In this document: positions 1 through 9,466 of the stretch, piece by piece | Layout: every line of letters starts with the position of its first letter | Position numbering within the stretch: position 1 is the first letter of the stretch | DNA from: an uncultured Clostridia bacterium | GTDB taxonomy: Bacteria; Bacillota; Clostridia; Oscillospirales; CAG-382 | NCBI GenBank assembly: GCA_947627335.1 | Contig: CANQVQ010000003.1 | Coordinates: forward strand, 1 to 33,617 | Direction of reading: 5' to 3' | DNA: 33,617 nucleotides | The notes under the pieces: model-generated | Seen by the model: only the letters and a program-made list of their open reading frames with translations | The model's database searches: none | Told to the model about the DNA's origin: nothing | Position numbers and translations under genes: made by a program

Positions 1-380
1 AGCAGGTTGCCGAGGATAACGCACAGGTCCAGTTCCGAAACCGAGAGGGACACCGGAATCTTCGCTTCCGCCTTGACCCGGATCTGCTTTTCGGAAGCGA
101 GGGAGAGCTTGCTGTTGAGGATCGCGTCCACCATCTTGTTTCCGGTCTTGAGGACCGTTTCCACATTGGTCAGGTCGTCGTCCAGCATATCGAGGTACCG
201 GGCGATCTCGCCGTATTCGCCGTTCGCCGCGTGGACCTTCATGGTCTGGATATGGTGTCGGTAATCGTGCCGCCAGCCGCGCATCTTCGTATACATATTT
301 TCCACTTCGTTGTAGTATTTCTGCAGGATCTCGTTCTCAAAGGAAGCGACCCTTTTGGCGATCAGTTTGTCCAACAGCAT
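1..380 (-). CDS. GHKL (AgrC/LytS-like, HATPase_c_5-type) histidine kinase, 3' end runs off the window; no N-terminal TM/sensor region
   Basis: Not in the ORF track; my translation from the ATG at 380 gives MLLDKLIAKRVASFENEILQKYYNEVENMYTKMRGWRHDYRHHIQTM...TGNKMVDAILNSK...DLCVILGNLL. This has the RHD H-box and the start of the N-box typical of AgrC-like kinases, and lies 10 bp downstream of the LytTR gene. Confidence 0.85.
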   Translation of the reverse strand, partial: MLLDKLIAKRVASFENEILQKYYNEVENMYTKMRGWRHDYRHHIQTMKVHAANGEYGEIARYLDMLDDDLTNVETVLKTGNKMVDAILNSKLSLASEKQIRVKAEAKIPVSLSVSELDLCVILGNL

Positions 381-390
381 GGCGTGCCCC

Positions 391-1092
391 TTACAGATAT
401 TTGATCAGTGAAGCGTGGATGTCGTCGTACATCCCGCGGCTGACGGGAATGCGTGCGCCGTCCAGCGTCGTAAGAAACGTGCGGGTGATCTTTTTGACGT
501 ATTTCAGGTTTACCGCGAAGGAGCGGTGCACCCTGAAAAAGGTCTCGTCCAGACTTTCACAGAGTTTCCCAAGGGACAGGCGTGTGCGGTAATTCCCATG
601 CACGGTATGGACGACGACGTACACGTTTTCCGCTTCGGCATAGACGATGTCCGCCAGCGGCACCTTGACGCTTCCCTCCGCCGTGGAAAGCAGGACGGAA
701 CGCTGCCGGTATTCCAGATTGTACACGGCCTTGTCCAGCACGGGGAAGAGTTTCGGCGCCTCCACCGGCTTGATCAGGTAGTGAAGCGCGGATACGTCGA
801 ACCCGTCGCTGAAGTATTCGTAAAACCCGGTGATAAAGACGATCTGCACGGTGGCGTTCTCGCGCCGTACCGCTTTGGCAAGTTCGATCCCGCTGATACC
901 GGGCATTTCGATGTCCAGCAGCAGGAGGTCGAAGTCCTTTTCCTCGGCGTAATCGAACAGGAAAGGGTTCGCTTCCGCGTACTGCTTCACCGTGAGCAGG
1001 TGGCGGTTCCGTTTCGCCCAGGTATGGACGAGTTCGGCGAGGTAGTCGCGTTGCTTCGCGTCGTCGTCGACGATGGCGAGTTTGTAGGGCAT
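391..1092 (-). CDS. LytTR-family DNA-binding response regulator
   Basis: Receiver motifs AIVDDD, LLLDIEMP and YLIKP plus the LytTR motif FFRVHRSFAVNL. Start moved to ATG 1092 (MPYKLAIV), which follows a GGAAAGGAG RBS. Confidence 0.95.
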   Translation of the reverse strand: MPYKLAIVDDDAKQRDYLAELVHTWAKRNRHLLTVKQYAEANPFLFDYAEEKDFDLLLLDIEMPGISGIELAKAVRRENATVQIVFITGFYEYFSDGFDVSALHYLIKPVEAPKLFPVLDKAVYNLEYRQRSVLLSTAEGSVKVPLADIVYAEAENVYVVVHTVHGNYRTRLSLGKLCESLDETFFRVHRSFAVNLKYVKKITRTFLTTLDGARIPVSRGMYDDIHASLIKYL

Positions 1093-1132
1093 ACGGCGCG
1101 CTCCTTTCCCGGGGTGGAATCCCCCTGCGTCA

Positions 1133-1161
1133 ATTATAGCGCAGGGCGGACGAAAAAGCAA
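1133..1161 (-). promoter_or_regulatory. sigmaA-type promoter for the LytTR/GHKL pair
   Basis: On the minus strand TTGCTT-17 bp-TATAAT, about 40 bp upstream of the start codon. Confidence 0.6.
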
Positions 1162-1491
1162 GCGTTTTCGGAAAATGCCGTGTCAACGGTGCGTGAAGTT
1201 GCCGGATTTCCAAACCTTGCAAACCCATATAATATTCAACTGTTTTCAGTATTTGATTCCTCCTCTCTTATGGGAACACCTGCTAACGTTTAGAAGAAAG
1301 AATTTGACGTCTGAAGTGTTTAACATCGCATTTTGCTTTGCAAAATCGCCGCTCGTGGCTTTGCATATCATCCGTCTTGTCACTTTTTTCAATACAAGGC
1401 TCTGCGGATGCTCTCCTGCGGTCATTTCCAACTTACAAGTAGCATACGAGGAGGAACACTATGCAGAAGACTGCCAGAGCGATATAATTCA

Positions 1492-2718
1492 TCATCGCGT
1501 TTTTCCGTTCGTGATTTCCATGGATTTCCCGGTGGTGACGTCGACGATTGCAAGGTCCTCGTTGCCGCGTTCCGAGGAAAAGGCGTTGTGGAAATTCAGA
1601 TACGTCCGGTACTGGATATACAGCACCTCCCCGTCCGCAAAGACGTAGTCGATGCGGTCGGGCTTCCCATCATGCGCGCCGTGATAGACGAGTTCGGGGG
1701 CTCCGCCAAATTCCTTGACGCGATACACGTTCCCGCAGGTGGGGTTGTCGCGGGAAAGGTATTCGTAGAGTTCATCGTCCTCCTGATAGACCTCTATCTG
1801 GGACCGATCCTCACAGCAGTAATAGATGTAGCCCGCACTCACCCAGTAATGGAGGGCGGAAGGGATCGCCGCGACGTCCACCATCTGATTGCCTTCCAAT
1901 TTCCGCAGAACGCCCGTGTCGTAGTCGTAATCGTACAGCTCCCCTCCGAAATTCGTCAGAAAGGTGACGTCCTCCACGACTGCGGACTTTTTCCCAAAAT
2001 CTTCCGAAAAGCGGTACAGCGTAAGCGTTTCCAGATCGTGCAGGTAAACCGTATCCCCGCTCGCGTAGTAGTTCGCGTTCGCGGGGTCCGTCAGCCGTTC
2101 GCTCCGTTCCGACGAATATGCGTACCGCCACAGGGAATACTGGGGCTTGTCGTCGACGTATTCCGTTTTTACCCAGTAAAGCCCTTTGTCCGTGTCGGAA
2201 AGCAGGGCGGCGTCGCTTGGGATCGAGAGCCTTTTCGCATTGTCCCCGTCCAAATCGGAAAAATACGTCTCCCCTTCTCCGAATTGCGGGGCAAAAAACA
2301 GGTGGTTCGCGCTGAAGGAGATTCTATTTCCCTGCGAAAACAGGCAGGATTCATGCGTACAGAACACATCGTGGCACGCGTAGGAGAATTTGCCGCTCAA
2401 TTTATCGTATTCCATGAGCGTCCAAACATATTTGTCGGTCGCGTAATTGAAAATCATGCGCGTCGGCGTATTCGCGCACAGCAAGGTCCCGTCCTTCCCG
2501 TGCAGGCAGGCGACCGAGCCGTCCTGCGAGAGTTGTTTCAGCCCGTCCTCACCAATGGATCGATAATATGAGGAAACGAATTCCGTTTGCAGAAGCCCTG
2601 TTTCGGCGGGACCCGCCTCGCCTTGCAAGGGATCGGGATCGGAATAGGAGTAATCCGCCGAGCAGGATGAAAAGAAGAACAGAAACAGCGACAGGCATAT
2701 CGAAATCACCTTTTTCAT
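1492..2718 (-). CDS. Lipoprotein, probable beta-propeller (DUF5050-like)
   Basis: Start re-called at ATG 2718 after GGGGAGGT. Signal and lipobox MKKVISICLSLFLFFFSSC. Repeated aromatic beta-strand blades (GLYWV, TVYLHD, GELYDYD, GYIYYC, EVLYIQY). Fold is inferred. Confidence 0.75.
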   Translation of the reverse strand: MKKVISICLSLFLFFFSSCSADYSYSDPDPLQGEAGPAETGLLQTEFVSSYYRSIGEDGLKQLSQDGSVACLHGKDGTLLCANTPTRMIFNYATDKYVWTLMEYDKLSGKFSYACHDVFCTHESCLFSQGNRISFSANHLFFAPQFGEGETYFSDLDGDNAKRLSIPSDAALLSDTDKGLYWVKTEYVDDKPQYSLWRYAYSSERSERLTDPANANYYASGDTVYLHDLETLTLYRFSEDFGKKSAVVEDVTFLTNFGGELYDYDYDTGVLRKLEGNQMVDVAAIPSALHYWVSAGYIYYCCEDRSQIEVYQEDDELYEYLSRDNPTCGNVYRVKEFGGAPELVYHGAHDGKPDRIDYVFADGEVLYIQYRTYLNFHNAFSSERGNEDLAIVDVTTGKSMEITNGKTR

Positions 2719-2732
2719 ACAGACCTCCCCGG

Positions 2733-4799
2733 TTAAAATAATAAAAATACGGTAAACAGGACCGCCGACGACAGCAGGAACGTGAGCGCCTTGCTTTTGG
2801 TCACGCGGGAGAAAGCCGCGACGCCCAGCGAAAATCCGCACGCCGAAACGCACGTTGCCGCCGCCCGCAGGAGCGCGCAGGCAAAAAGCGGAAGGGAATC
2901 TAAAAAGGAGACGCCTTCGATGCTGGAAGCGCGGGCCGTGCACAGCGGCAAGGAAGCATAGCCGGCGATCATCGCGGCGTCGATCGCGGAAAACGCGAAA
3001 GCGCAGACCGCCGAAAACCCGATGCAAAACGTCAGTTTCGACTTCCGCAGCGCCCTGCGGTCGCAAACCGCGTACAGCAGGTGCATTCGGTTTCGATACT
3101 CGTCGCCGAAAAGACCGCACATGGCCGCGACAAGCAAAAGCCCGAGCGCAACGTCGACCCGAAACGCAAAAAGTTGATTCCAGCCGGTATCATACAGCAC
3201 GGACGGTTGTTTCCCATCCTCGGTCTGCGACCGAAGATACGCCAGCCGCTCCCGCACCCGGACGAGCGCTTTCTCATTTTGCTCCGCCTCGTAGAAACGG
3301 ACGAGATACCTTCCCATTTCGCTGCTCGTCACTTCCCCGGCACGGTACTTTCGTTCCATCTCCTCCTTTTGCCCCATGACCGCGTATAGTTCGGAGAGTT
3401 CGCCGTCAAGCGCTTCCTGCTTTTCCGCGGTATAGTCCCCTTCGATGGAGGTCAGATAGGAACGGTATTTCTGTTCCGTATAGGTAGGCGTAAAGCCGTA
3501 CACTTGCGCCGAAACATACAGCTTGAGGAGGACCGCGCCCACCAGTACCGGCAGGATCCTGTTGGCGAACAGCTGCTTTTGCCACTCGTAGGCGGACACG
3601 CTCTTGACACGGGTTCGGCGACGGGTGCGGCGCGGGACGGCGATCCGGAACGCCCTGTATTCCGCCGGTCTGTTTCGGTGCAGGACAAAAACCGCGCAGA
3701 GCGCAAGGGCGCAAAGCAGATACAGCAGAGAAACGACGACCATGCCGTACAGCACGATCCCGCCCACTACGACGGGATAGATATGCGCAAACAGCGTATT
3801 CCCATCGCAAAGGGACGCGAAGCTGCCGATGTTCCAAAGACTGCCCGCGACATACGGGTTCCCGATTTTGCCCGCGTACTGCGCCGCCACGACAACGACC
3901 GCACCGACCAGTGAAAACACGCGGTTTCCGCTGTATTTCCCGACGATGCAGGATACCATGCAGACGAAAAAGCAGGCGAGGAGCAGGAACGCCGAAAGGA
4001 CGCCGACCGCTTCCGATACGGTCAGGGGCAAAGGGAACAGGTAGAACGGTTCGCTGTTCTGCAGGAATGCGGCGAACGCGGAAAACCCGCTCGACACGGC
4101 GTACACCGCGACCGAAAGGACCACGGACGATACGCTCGCGACCGTGCAGCAGACCGCGCAAACGACGGTTTTCGCGAAGAAGCGGCGCCGCCTGCCGAAT
4201 CTTGCGGAGCGAAACAGCAGTTCGTTTCCGCGTTCCCGGTCGCTGAAAGCCGCCGTCGAGCCGAGGAACGCGCCGAAAAGCAGGAGCGGGAGGAGCAGCG
4301 CGGACAGGGTCTTAAAAAGCGATTCCAATCCGTGCATATCCGCTTGCCCCAAGCGGAGCGTTTTGTTCTTTTCGTAAACCGCGAGGAGCATCTCATTGAC
4401 GGCGTTCCCCCCGTCGTTTCCGACGGATTGCTGTTTTTTTAGTTCGCCGATGGTTCGTTCCAGCTTGTCGATATAGAAACGCTGCCGGTTTATCCGTTCA
4501 AAAGCGATCCGGTACTGCTCGAATTCGACCCTCCATTCCGGCGCGGCGACACCCGCGTATGCGTCGGGGGAATCGGCGTATGCTTCATACGCATCCTGGA
4601 GCGCCTGATACCGCGCAAGAACCGACTGCGGGTCCTGCCGGTATTCCTCCGCGATCCGCTGGACCGCGGCAGCGTCGTACGGCGGCTCCTCCGCAAAAAC
4701 GAAGCCGAGGAACGCGGAAACGGCGAGCAGCAGCAGGAGCATCCCCGCAAATCCCCTGCCGAGGACCGTCTTTTTCAACTCATACCCGATCTGTCTCAT
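2733..4799 (-). CDS. Large ABC-2-type permease with two tandem permease halves
   Basis: Many TM segments and two similar halves (YELKK...FSDRERGNELLFRSARFGR; YEWQK...FGDEYRNRMHLLYA), each with an extracellular loop. Overlaps the ATPase gene. Confidence 0.8.
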   Translation of the reverse strand: MRQIGYELKKTVLGRGFAGMLLLLLAVSAFLGFVFAEEPPYDAAAVQRIAEEYRQDPQSVLARYQALQDAYEAYADSPDAYAGVAAPEWRVEFEQYRIAFERINRQRFYIDKLERTIGELKKQQSVGNDGGNAVNEMLLAVYEKNKTLRLGQADMHGLESLFKTLSALLLPLLLFGAFLGSTAAFSDRERGNELLFRSARFGRRRRFFAKTVVCAVCCTVASVSSVVLSVAVYAVSSGFSAFAAFLQNSEPFYLFPLPLTVSEAVGVLSAFLLLACFFVCMVSCIVGKYSGNRVFSLVGAVVVVAAQYAGKIGNPYVAGSLWNIGSFASLCDGNTLFAHIYPVVVGGIVLYGMVVVSLLYLLCALALCAVFVLHRNRPAEYRAFRIAVPRRTRRRTRVKSVSAYEWQKQLFANRILPVLVGAVLLKLYVSAQVYGFTPTYTEQKYRSYLTSIEGDYTAEKQEALDGELSELYAVMGQKEEMERKYRAGEVTSSEMGRYLVRFYEAEQNEKALVRVRERLAYLRSQTEDGKQPSVLYDTGWNQLFAFRVDVALGLLLVAAMCGLFGDEYRNRMHLLYAVCDRRALRKSKLTFCIGFSAVCAFAFSAIDAAMIAGYASLPLCTARASSIEGVSFLDSLPLFACALLRAAATCVSACGFSLGVAAFSRVTKSKALTFLLSSAVLFTVFLLF

Positions 4800-5658
4800 G
4801 CTCGTCCCCGTATAGCAGCATATATGCGTCCTCGAGCGTCGGTTCCGCTTCCGCCGCCGTTTCCGTCGGTTTGGCGGAAGAAAGCAGGCGGCAGCTCGTT
4901 TTTCCGCCCTCGCTGTTGATCGCGATCACGCGGAAACGCGCTTTCAAATCCCGAAGCGCGTCGCCGTCGACGGCGCAGGACCAAACCGATCCCCGTGCGG
5001 TTTCCGCCAAAACGTTCGGTTCTCCGCAGAAAATGGTTTTCCCCTTTTTCAGGCAGATCACCCCGTTGGCGATGTGCTCGATGTCGCCGATGATGTGCGT
5101 CGCGAGCAGGATCGTCCTGCCGAAGGACTGCTCCGCGATGAAGTTTTTCACCAAAACCCGTTGCCCGGGGTCCAACCCCGCCGTCGGTTCGTCCAAAAGC
5201 ACGATCTCCGGTTCGCCCAAGAACGCCTGGATCAGCATCAGCCGCTGCTTCATGCCCCCCGAAAGCGAGGAGATTTTTCGGTCCTTCACGTCGTCAAGTT
5301 CAAACTTACCGAGGAGGGAATCGATCTGCGCCGACGCCGCTTTTCGGTCGATCCCCTTCAAAACCGCCATATAGCGCAAAAAATCCAGGCAGGAAAATGC
5401 GGGGATCATCTCGCAGTACTGCGGCATATAGCCGATGCGGGCGCGGAACCGACCGTCTTCCCGTTTTATTTTTTCGCCGTCAAAAAGGATCTCGCCGCCG
5501 TCCCGCCGAATATTATCGGTCAGGATGTTCATGAACGTCGTTTTGCCCGACCCGTTCGGACCGAGCAGCCCGTAAACGCCCTCGCCCATGCGGCAGCTGA
5601 AATCGCAGATTGCCGGTATTTTGCCGTAGGATTTACGAATCTCTTTTATCTCCAGCAT
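4780..5658 (-). CDS. ABC transporter ATP-binding protein
   Basis: Walker A GPNGSGKTT, signature LSGGMKQR, Walker B LLDEPTAGLDP, C-terminal EPTLEDAY. Confidence 0.95.
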   Translation of the reverse strand: MLEIKEIRKSYGKIPAICDFSCRMGEGVYGLLGPNGSGKTTFMNILTDNIRRDGGEILFDGEKIKREDGRFRARIGYMPQYCEMIPAFSCLDFLRYMAVLKGIDRKAASAQIDSLLGKFELDDVKDRKISSLSGGMKQRLMLIQAFLGEPEIVLLDEPTAGLDPGQRVLVKNFIAEQSFGRTILLATHIIGDIEHIANGVICLKKGKTIFCGEPNVLAETARGSVWSCAVDGDALRDLKARFRVIAINSEGGKTSCRLLSSAKPTETAAEAEPTLEDAYMLLYGDEHETDRV

Positions 5659-6076
5659 CTGTCTCGTCCCTATTCCGCCACATCTATCGTTTTATATCGT
5701 TTTATGCCTTTTGAACCTATATAGAATAACATCACGCACTTTCCCCGCATAGACGACTTTGATGGGTTCGTGCTTTGAAATCGTTATTGGGTTTCTGCCT
5801 GCACTTTATTATATATCACGGCGTCATATGCGGTGTCAAGTGGTTTTGAAATTTTTTGCTGAAAGCGAGGGGATTTCGTTCTATGTCATGCCTCACGGCG
5901 GACGACCGCCAAGGCGTCCGGATCGGGAATTTCCCGTTTCCGTCGTCGGGTTTTTTGAAAAGCGGGCAAACCGGTTGCCCGGGGGTAGATTTCTTCACAT
6001 TTTCATGGTACAATATACAGCATACACCGTACCGCATTGCATCCCCCATCAAAAACAACCGGCAGGAGACGCGAAA

Positions 6077-6634
6077 ATGGCGAACTTTACGAAGAAAGCA
6101 ATTCAAGAGTCCTTTCTGAAATTACTGACGGAGCGACCGCTGTCCAAAATCACGGTGAAGGATATTGTGGCGGACTGCGGCATCAACCGCAATACCTTTT
6201 ACTACTACTTCGAGGATCTGCCCAAACTGATCGAAAGCATCGTCGAGGACGACGCCGAGCAGATGATCCGTTCCTATCCCACCATCGAGAAATTCGAGGA
6301 CTGTCTGGACGCGTCGATCACGCTTGCGCTCGCGAAAAAGCGTGCGGTGCTGCACATCTATCACTCGGCGAACCGGGAAATCTATGAGATGTACCTCTGG
6401 AAAGTCTGCGATCATACGGTCAACGCCTACGTCACGTCCGTCCTGCGTGGGAAAAAGGTTCGGGAGGGCGACCTTGCGATCGTCAAGGAGTACCTGTCCG
6501 GGCTTGCGTTCGGCATCTTTTCCAGATGGCTGAAAAACGATATGGACGACGACATCCGAAGTATGCTTTCCCGCCTTTTGGAGATCAAAAAGGGGATGAT
6601 CGAAGATCTGATCCTGTGCTGCGTGGAGGAATAA
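6077..6634 (+). CDS. TetR/AcrR-family regulator (DhaS-like C-terminal domain)
   Basis: MANFTKKAI...KITVKDIVADCGINRNTFYYYFED helix-turn-helix. ATG 6077 follows a GCAGGAG RBS. Confidence 0.92.
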   Translation: MANFTKKAIQESFLKLLTERPLSKITVKDIVADCGINRNTFYYYFEDLPKLIESIVEDDAEQMIRSYPTIEKFEDCLDASITLALAKKRAVLHIYHSANREIYEMYLWKVCDHTVNAYVTSVLRGKKVREGDLAIVKEYLSGLAFGIFSRWLKNDMDDDIRSMLSRLLEIKKGMIEDLILCCVEE

Positions 6635-6654
6635 GTCGAATTTAGTCATTTTTT

Positions 6655-6690
6655 GTCCCGTGTCTGATAATCGGACACGGGACCTTTTTT
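6655..6690 (+). terminator. Long inverted repeat with T-tract after tetR; intrinsic terminator and/or operator
   Basis: GTCCCGTGTCTGAT-A-ATCGGACACGGGAC followed by CTTTTTT. Confidence 0.6.
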
Positions 6691-6755
6691 GTCTGTAGGC
6701 AGAACCGGACCGGGCGACTATACTGGTGACAAACGGGCAAAGGAGGTTTGCTTCT

Positions 6756-7364
6756 ATGAAGATGCGTTCCGTAGCGCCGATGCGGATCGCGAAGATCGGG
6801 TACATCGTCATGTCCGCCCTGTTTTGTGCCGCAGGCGTCCTTTTGATCGCCGCACCGGGACTTTCGCTGTCGGTCATCGGCGTTTGCATCGGGGTCGCGA
6901 TGATCCTCTTCGGCATCGTCAAGCTGGTCGGGTACTTTTCAAAGGATCTGTTCCGATTGGCGTTCCAGTTCGATCTGGAATTCGGGATTTTGATGATGGT
7001 CCTCGGCGGGACCGTCCTTTTCAACCCGGAAAACCTGATGGCGTTCATTTGCGTCGCCCTCGGGATCTCCATTCTGCTGGACGGACTGTTCAAGATTCGG
7101 ATCGCCATGGATTCCAAACGGTTCGGCATCAAAAGCTGGTGGCTGATTCTGGCTCTGGCGATCGTGACCGGCGGGACCGGCGTGATTTTGATTTTTGATT
7201 CGGTCGTCGGGGCGAAGGCTTTGTCGGTTTTATTGGGGCTGACGCTTCTTTCGGAGGGCATTTTGAATCTGTATACGGTGATCAGCACCGTCTTAATTGT
7301 GAAGAATCAATTGCCGGACGTCATTGAAGTAGAAGCATCGGAACCGAACGGAAAGGAAAGGTGA
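6756..7364 (+). CDS. HdeD/DUF308-family membrane protein
   Basis: About six TM helices with the HdeD-like pattern ILLDGLFKI...WWLILALAIV...EGILNL. ATG 6756 follows AAGGAGG. Confidence 0.85.
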   Translation: MKMRSVAPMRIAKIGYIVMSALFCAAGVLLIAAPGLSLSVIGVCIGVAMILFGIVKLVGYFSKDLFRLAFQFDLEFGILMMVLGGTVLFNPENLMAFICVALGISILLDGLFKIRIAMDSKRFGIKSWWLILALAIVTGGTGVILIFDSVVGAKALSVLLGLTLLSEGILNLYTVISTVLIVKNQLPDVIEVEASEPNGKER

Positions 7365-9466
7365 ATGCCATGCGTTTTGCAAAAGCGGTCGTAAAATACC
7401 GCATTCCGATCCTGATCGTGACCCTGGTCCTCCTGATTCCATCGGTTTTGGGGATGATCGGGACACGCATCAACTACGATATGCTGACCTATCTGCCGGA
7501 GGATCTGGAAACCGTCGTCGGGCAGAACGAGCTGATGGCGGACTTCGACAAAGGCGCCTTCGCGTTTCTGGTCGTGGAGGATATGCCGGGCAAGGACGTG
7601 GCGGCTCTGAAGGAGCGGATCGAGCGGGTCGATCATGTGGATACCGTCCTGTGGTACGATTCCGTCGCCGACCTTTCCGTCCCGATGGAGCTGCTGCCCG
7701 ACGAGATCTATGACGAATTCAACACGGAAAACGCCACCATGATGGCGATCTTCTTCGACAGCTCCACCTCCTCCGACGTCACCATGGACGCGGTGCGGGA
7801 AATTCGGCAGATCGCCGGAAAACAGTGCTTCCTGTCGGGGCTTACCGCCATGGTGGTGGACCTGAAGGACCTGTGCGAACGGGAGGAACCCATCTATGTG
7901 GGCATCGCCGTGGTGCTGGCGCTTGCCGTCATGCTGCTTCTGCTGGACAACTGGCTGACGCCGTTCGTTTTCCTTTTGAGCATCGGCATGATGATCCTCA
8001 TTAACCTGGGGAGTAATTATTTCCTCGGTGAAATTTCCTATATCACAAAGGCGCTTTCCGCCGTTTTGCAGCTTGCCGTGACCATGGATTACTCCATCTT
8101 CCTCTGGCACAGCTACAACGAGCAGCTGACGAAACACGACGACCGCAAGGAGGCCATGGCGAACGCCATTCGGGAAACGCTGACTTCCATCGTCGGCAGT
8201 TCCATCACCACCGTCGCCGGATTCATCGCGCTTTGCTTCATGTCCTTCACCCTCGGTCGCGACCTCGGCGTCGTGATGGCGAAAGGCGTTATCCTGGGCG
8301 TGATCGGGTGCGTGACCGTGCTGCCCGCCCTGATTCTCGTACTGGAGAAACCGCTGCAAAAGGCAAAGCACAGGTCGCTGATCCCAAATATGCGCAAATT
8401 CGCCAAGGGCACGGTGAAGGTTTTCCCGGTTTTTCTCTGCCTGTTCGTGCTGCTGGTCCCGCCCGCCCTTTACGGGTACGACCGGACCAACGACGAGGTC
8501 TATTACAACCTTGCAAAGTCCCTGCCGGACGACATGGACTATGTGATCGCAAACAGCAAGCTGTCGGAGGAGTTCGACATCGCTTCGACGCATATGCTCC
8601 TTGTCGATAAAAATCTTTCGTCAAAATCCGTCCGGGACATGATGCGGGAAATGGAACAGGTGGACGGCGTCAAGTATGTGCTGGGGCTGGAATCGGTGAT
8701 CGGTCCCCGCGTGCCGGAGGAAGTCCTGCCGGAGTCGATCACCGGGCTTTTGCAGAGCGACAGGTGGGAACTGCTGCTCCTGAATTCCGAATATCCCGTG
8801 GCGAGCGACGAGGTCGATGCGCAGATCGATTCCCTGCATACCATCCTGAAAAAATACGACCCGAACGGGATGCTGATCGGGGAAGCGCCCTGCATGAAGG
8901 ATATGATCGACGTCACGTCCCACGATTTCGAGGTCGTCAACGTCATTTCCATCGCCCTGATCTTCCTTATCATCGCCTTGGTGGAACGCAGCGTCTCCCT
9001 GCCGTTTATTCTGATCGCGGTCATCGAACTGGCGATCTTCATCAACTTGGGTCTGCCGCATTACCTGGGGCAAAGCCTCCCGTTTATCGCACCGATCTGC
9101 ATCAGCACCATCCAGCTCGGCGCAACCGTGGACTACGCCATTCTGATGACGACGCGGTACAAGTCCGAGCGAATCCGCGGGCGGGACAAAAAGGACGCCG
9201 TGCGGACGGCGCTGACCGCGTCGATCCCGTCCATCCTGGTTTCGGGGTTCGGGCTGTTCGCCGCTACCTTCGGCGTGGCGCTCTACTCGGAAATCGACAT
9301 GATCCGTGCGATCTGTATGCTGCTTGCCCGTGGCGCCGTCATCAGTATGCTCTGCGTCATTCTGTTCCTTCCGGCGCTTCTGCTTTTGCTGGATAAGGTC
9401 ATTTGCGTCACCACACTGGGCATGAAAAAGAGAAACAAACCCGAACAGGAGGTCCTTTTGAAATGA
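7361..9466 (+). CDS. MMPL/RND-family transporter
   Basis: Two repeated halves with the MMPL motifs LQLAVTMDYSIFL and IQLGATVDYAILM, and about 12 TMs. Alternative start is ATG 7370. Confidence 0.92.
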   Translation: MNAMRFAKAVVKYRIPILIVTLVLLIPSVLGMIGTRINYDMLTYLPEDLETVVGQNELMADFDKGAFAFLVVEDMPGKDVAALKERIERVDHVDTVLWYDSVADLSVPMELLPDEIYDEFNTENATMMAIFFDSSTSSDVTMDAVREIRQIAGKQCFLSGLTAMVVDLKDLCEREEPIYVGIAVVLALAVMLLLLDNWLTPFVFLLSIGMMILINLGSNYFLGEISYITKALSAVLQLAVTMDYSIFLWHSYNEQLTKHDDRKEAMANAIRETLTSIVGSSITTVAGFIALCFMSFTLGRDLGVVMAKGVILGVIGCVTVLPALILVLEKPLQKAKHRSLIPNMRKFAKGTVKVFPVFLCLFVLLVPPALYGYDRTNDEVYYNLAKSLPDDMDYVIANSKLSEEFDIASTHMLLVDKNLSSKSVRDMMREMEQVDGVKYVLGLESVIGPRVPEEVLPESITGLLQSDRWELLLLNSEYPVASDEVDAQIDSLHTILKKYDPNGMLIGEAPCMKDMIDVTSHDFEVVNVISIALIFLIIALVERSVSLPFILIAVIELAIFINLGLPHYLGQSLPFIAPICISTIQLGATVDYAILMTTRYKSERIRGRDKKDAVRTALTASIPSILVSGFGLFAATFGVALYSEIDMIRAICMLLARGAVISMLCVILFLPALLLLLDKVICVTTLGMKKRNKPEQEVLLK

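Noticed and set aside
1448-1487. Plus-strand GAGGAGG followed by an 8-codon ORF (MQKTARAI)
   Set aside because: Too short, no supporting promoter, and readily explained as the reverse complement of hydrophobic codons on the minus strand.
1492-3120. Track's extended 542-aa version of the lipoprotein
   Set aside because: The extension overlaps the permease out of frame; the RBS and lipobox place the start at 2718.
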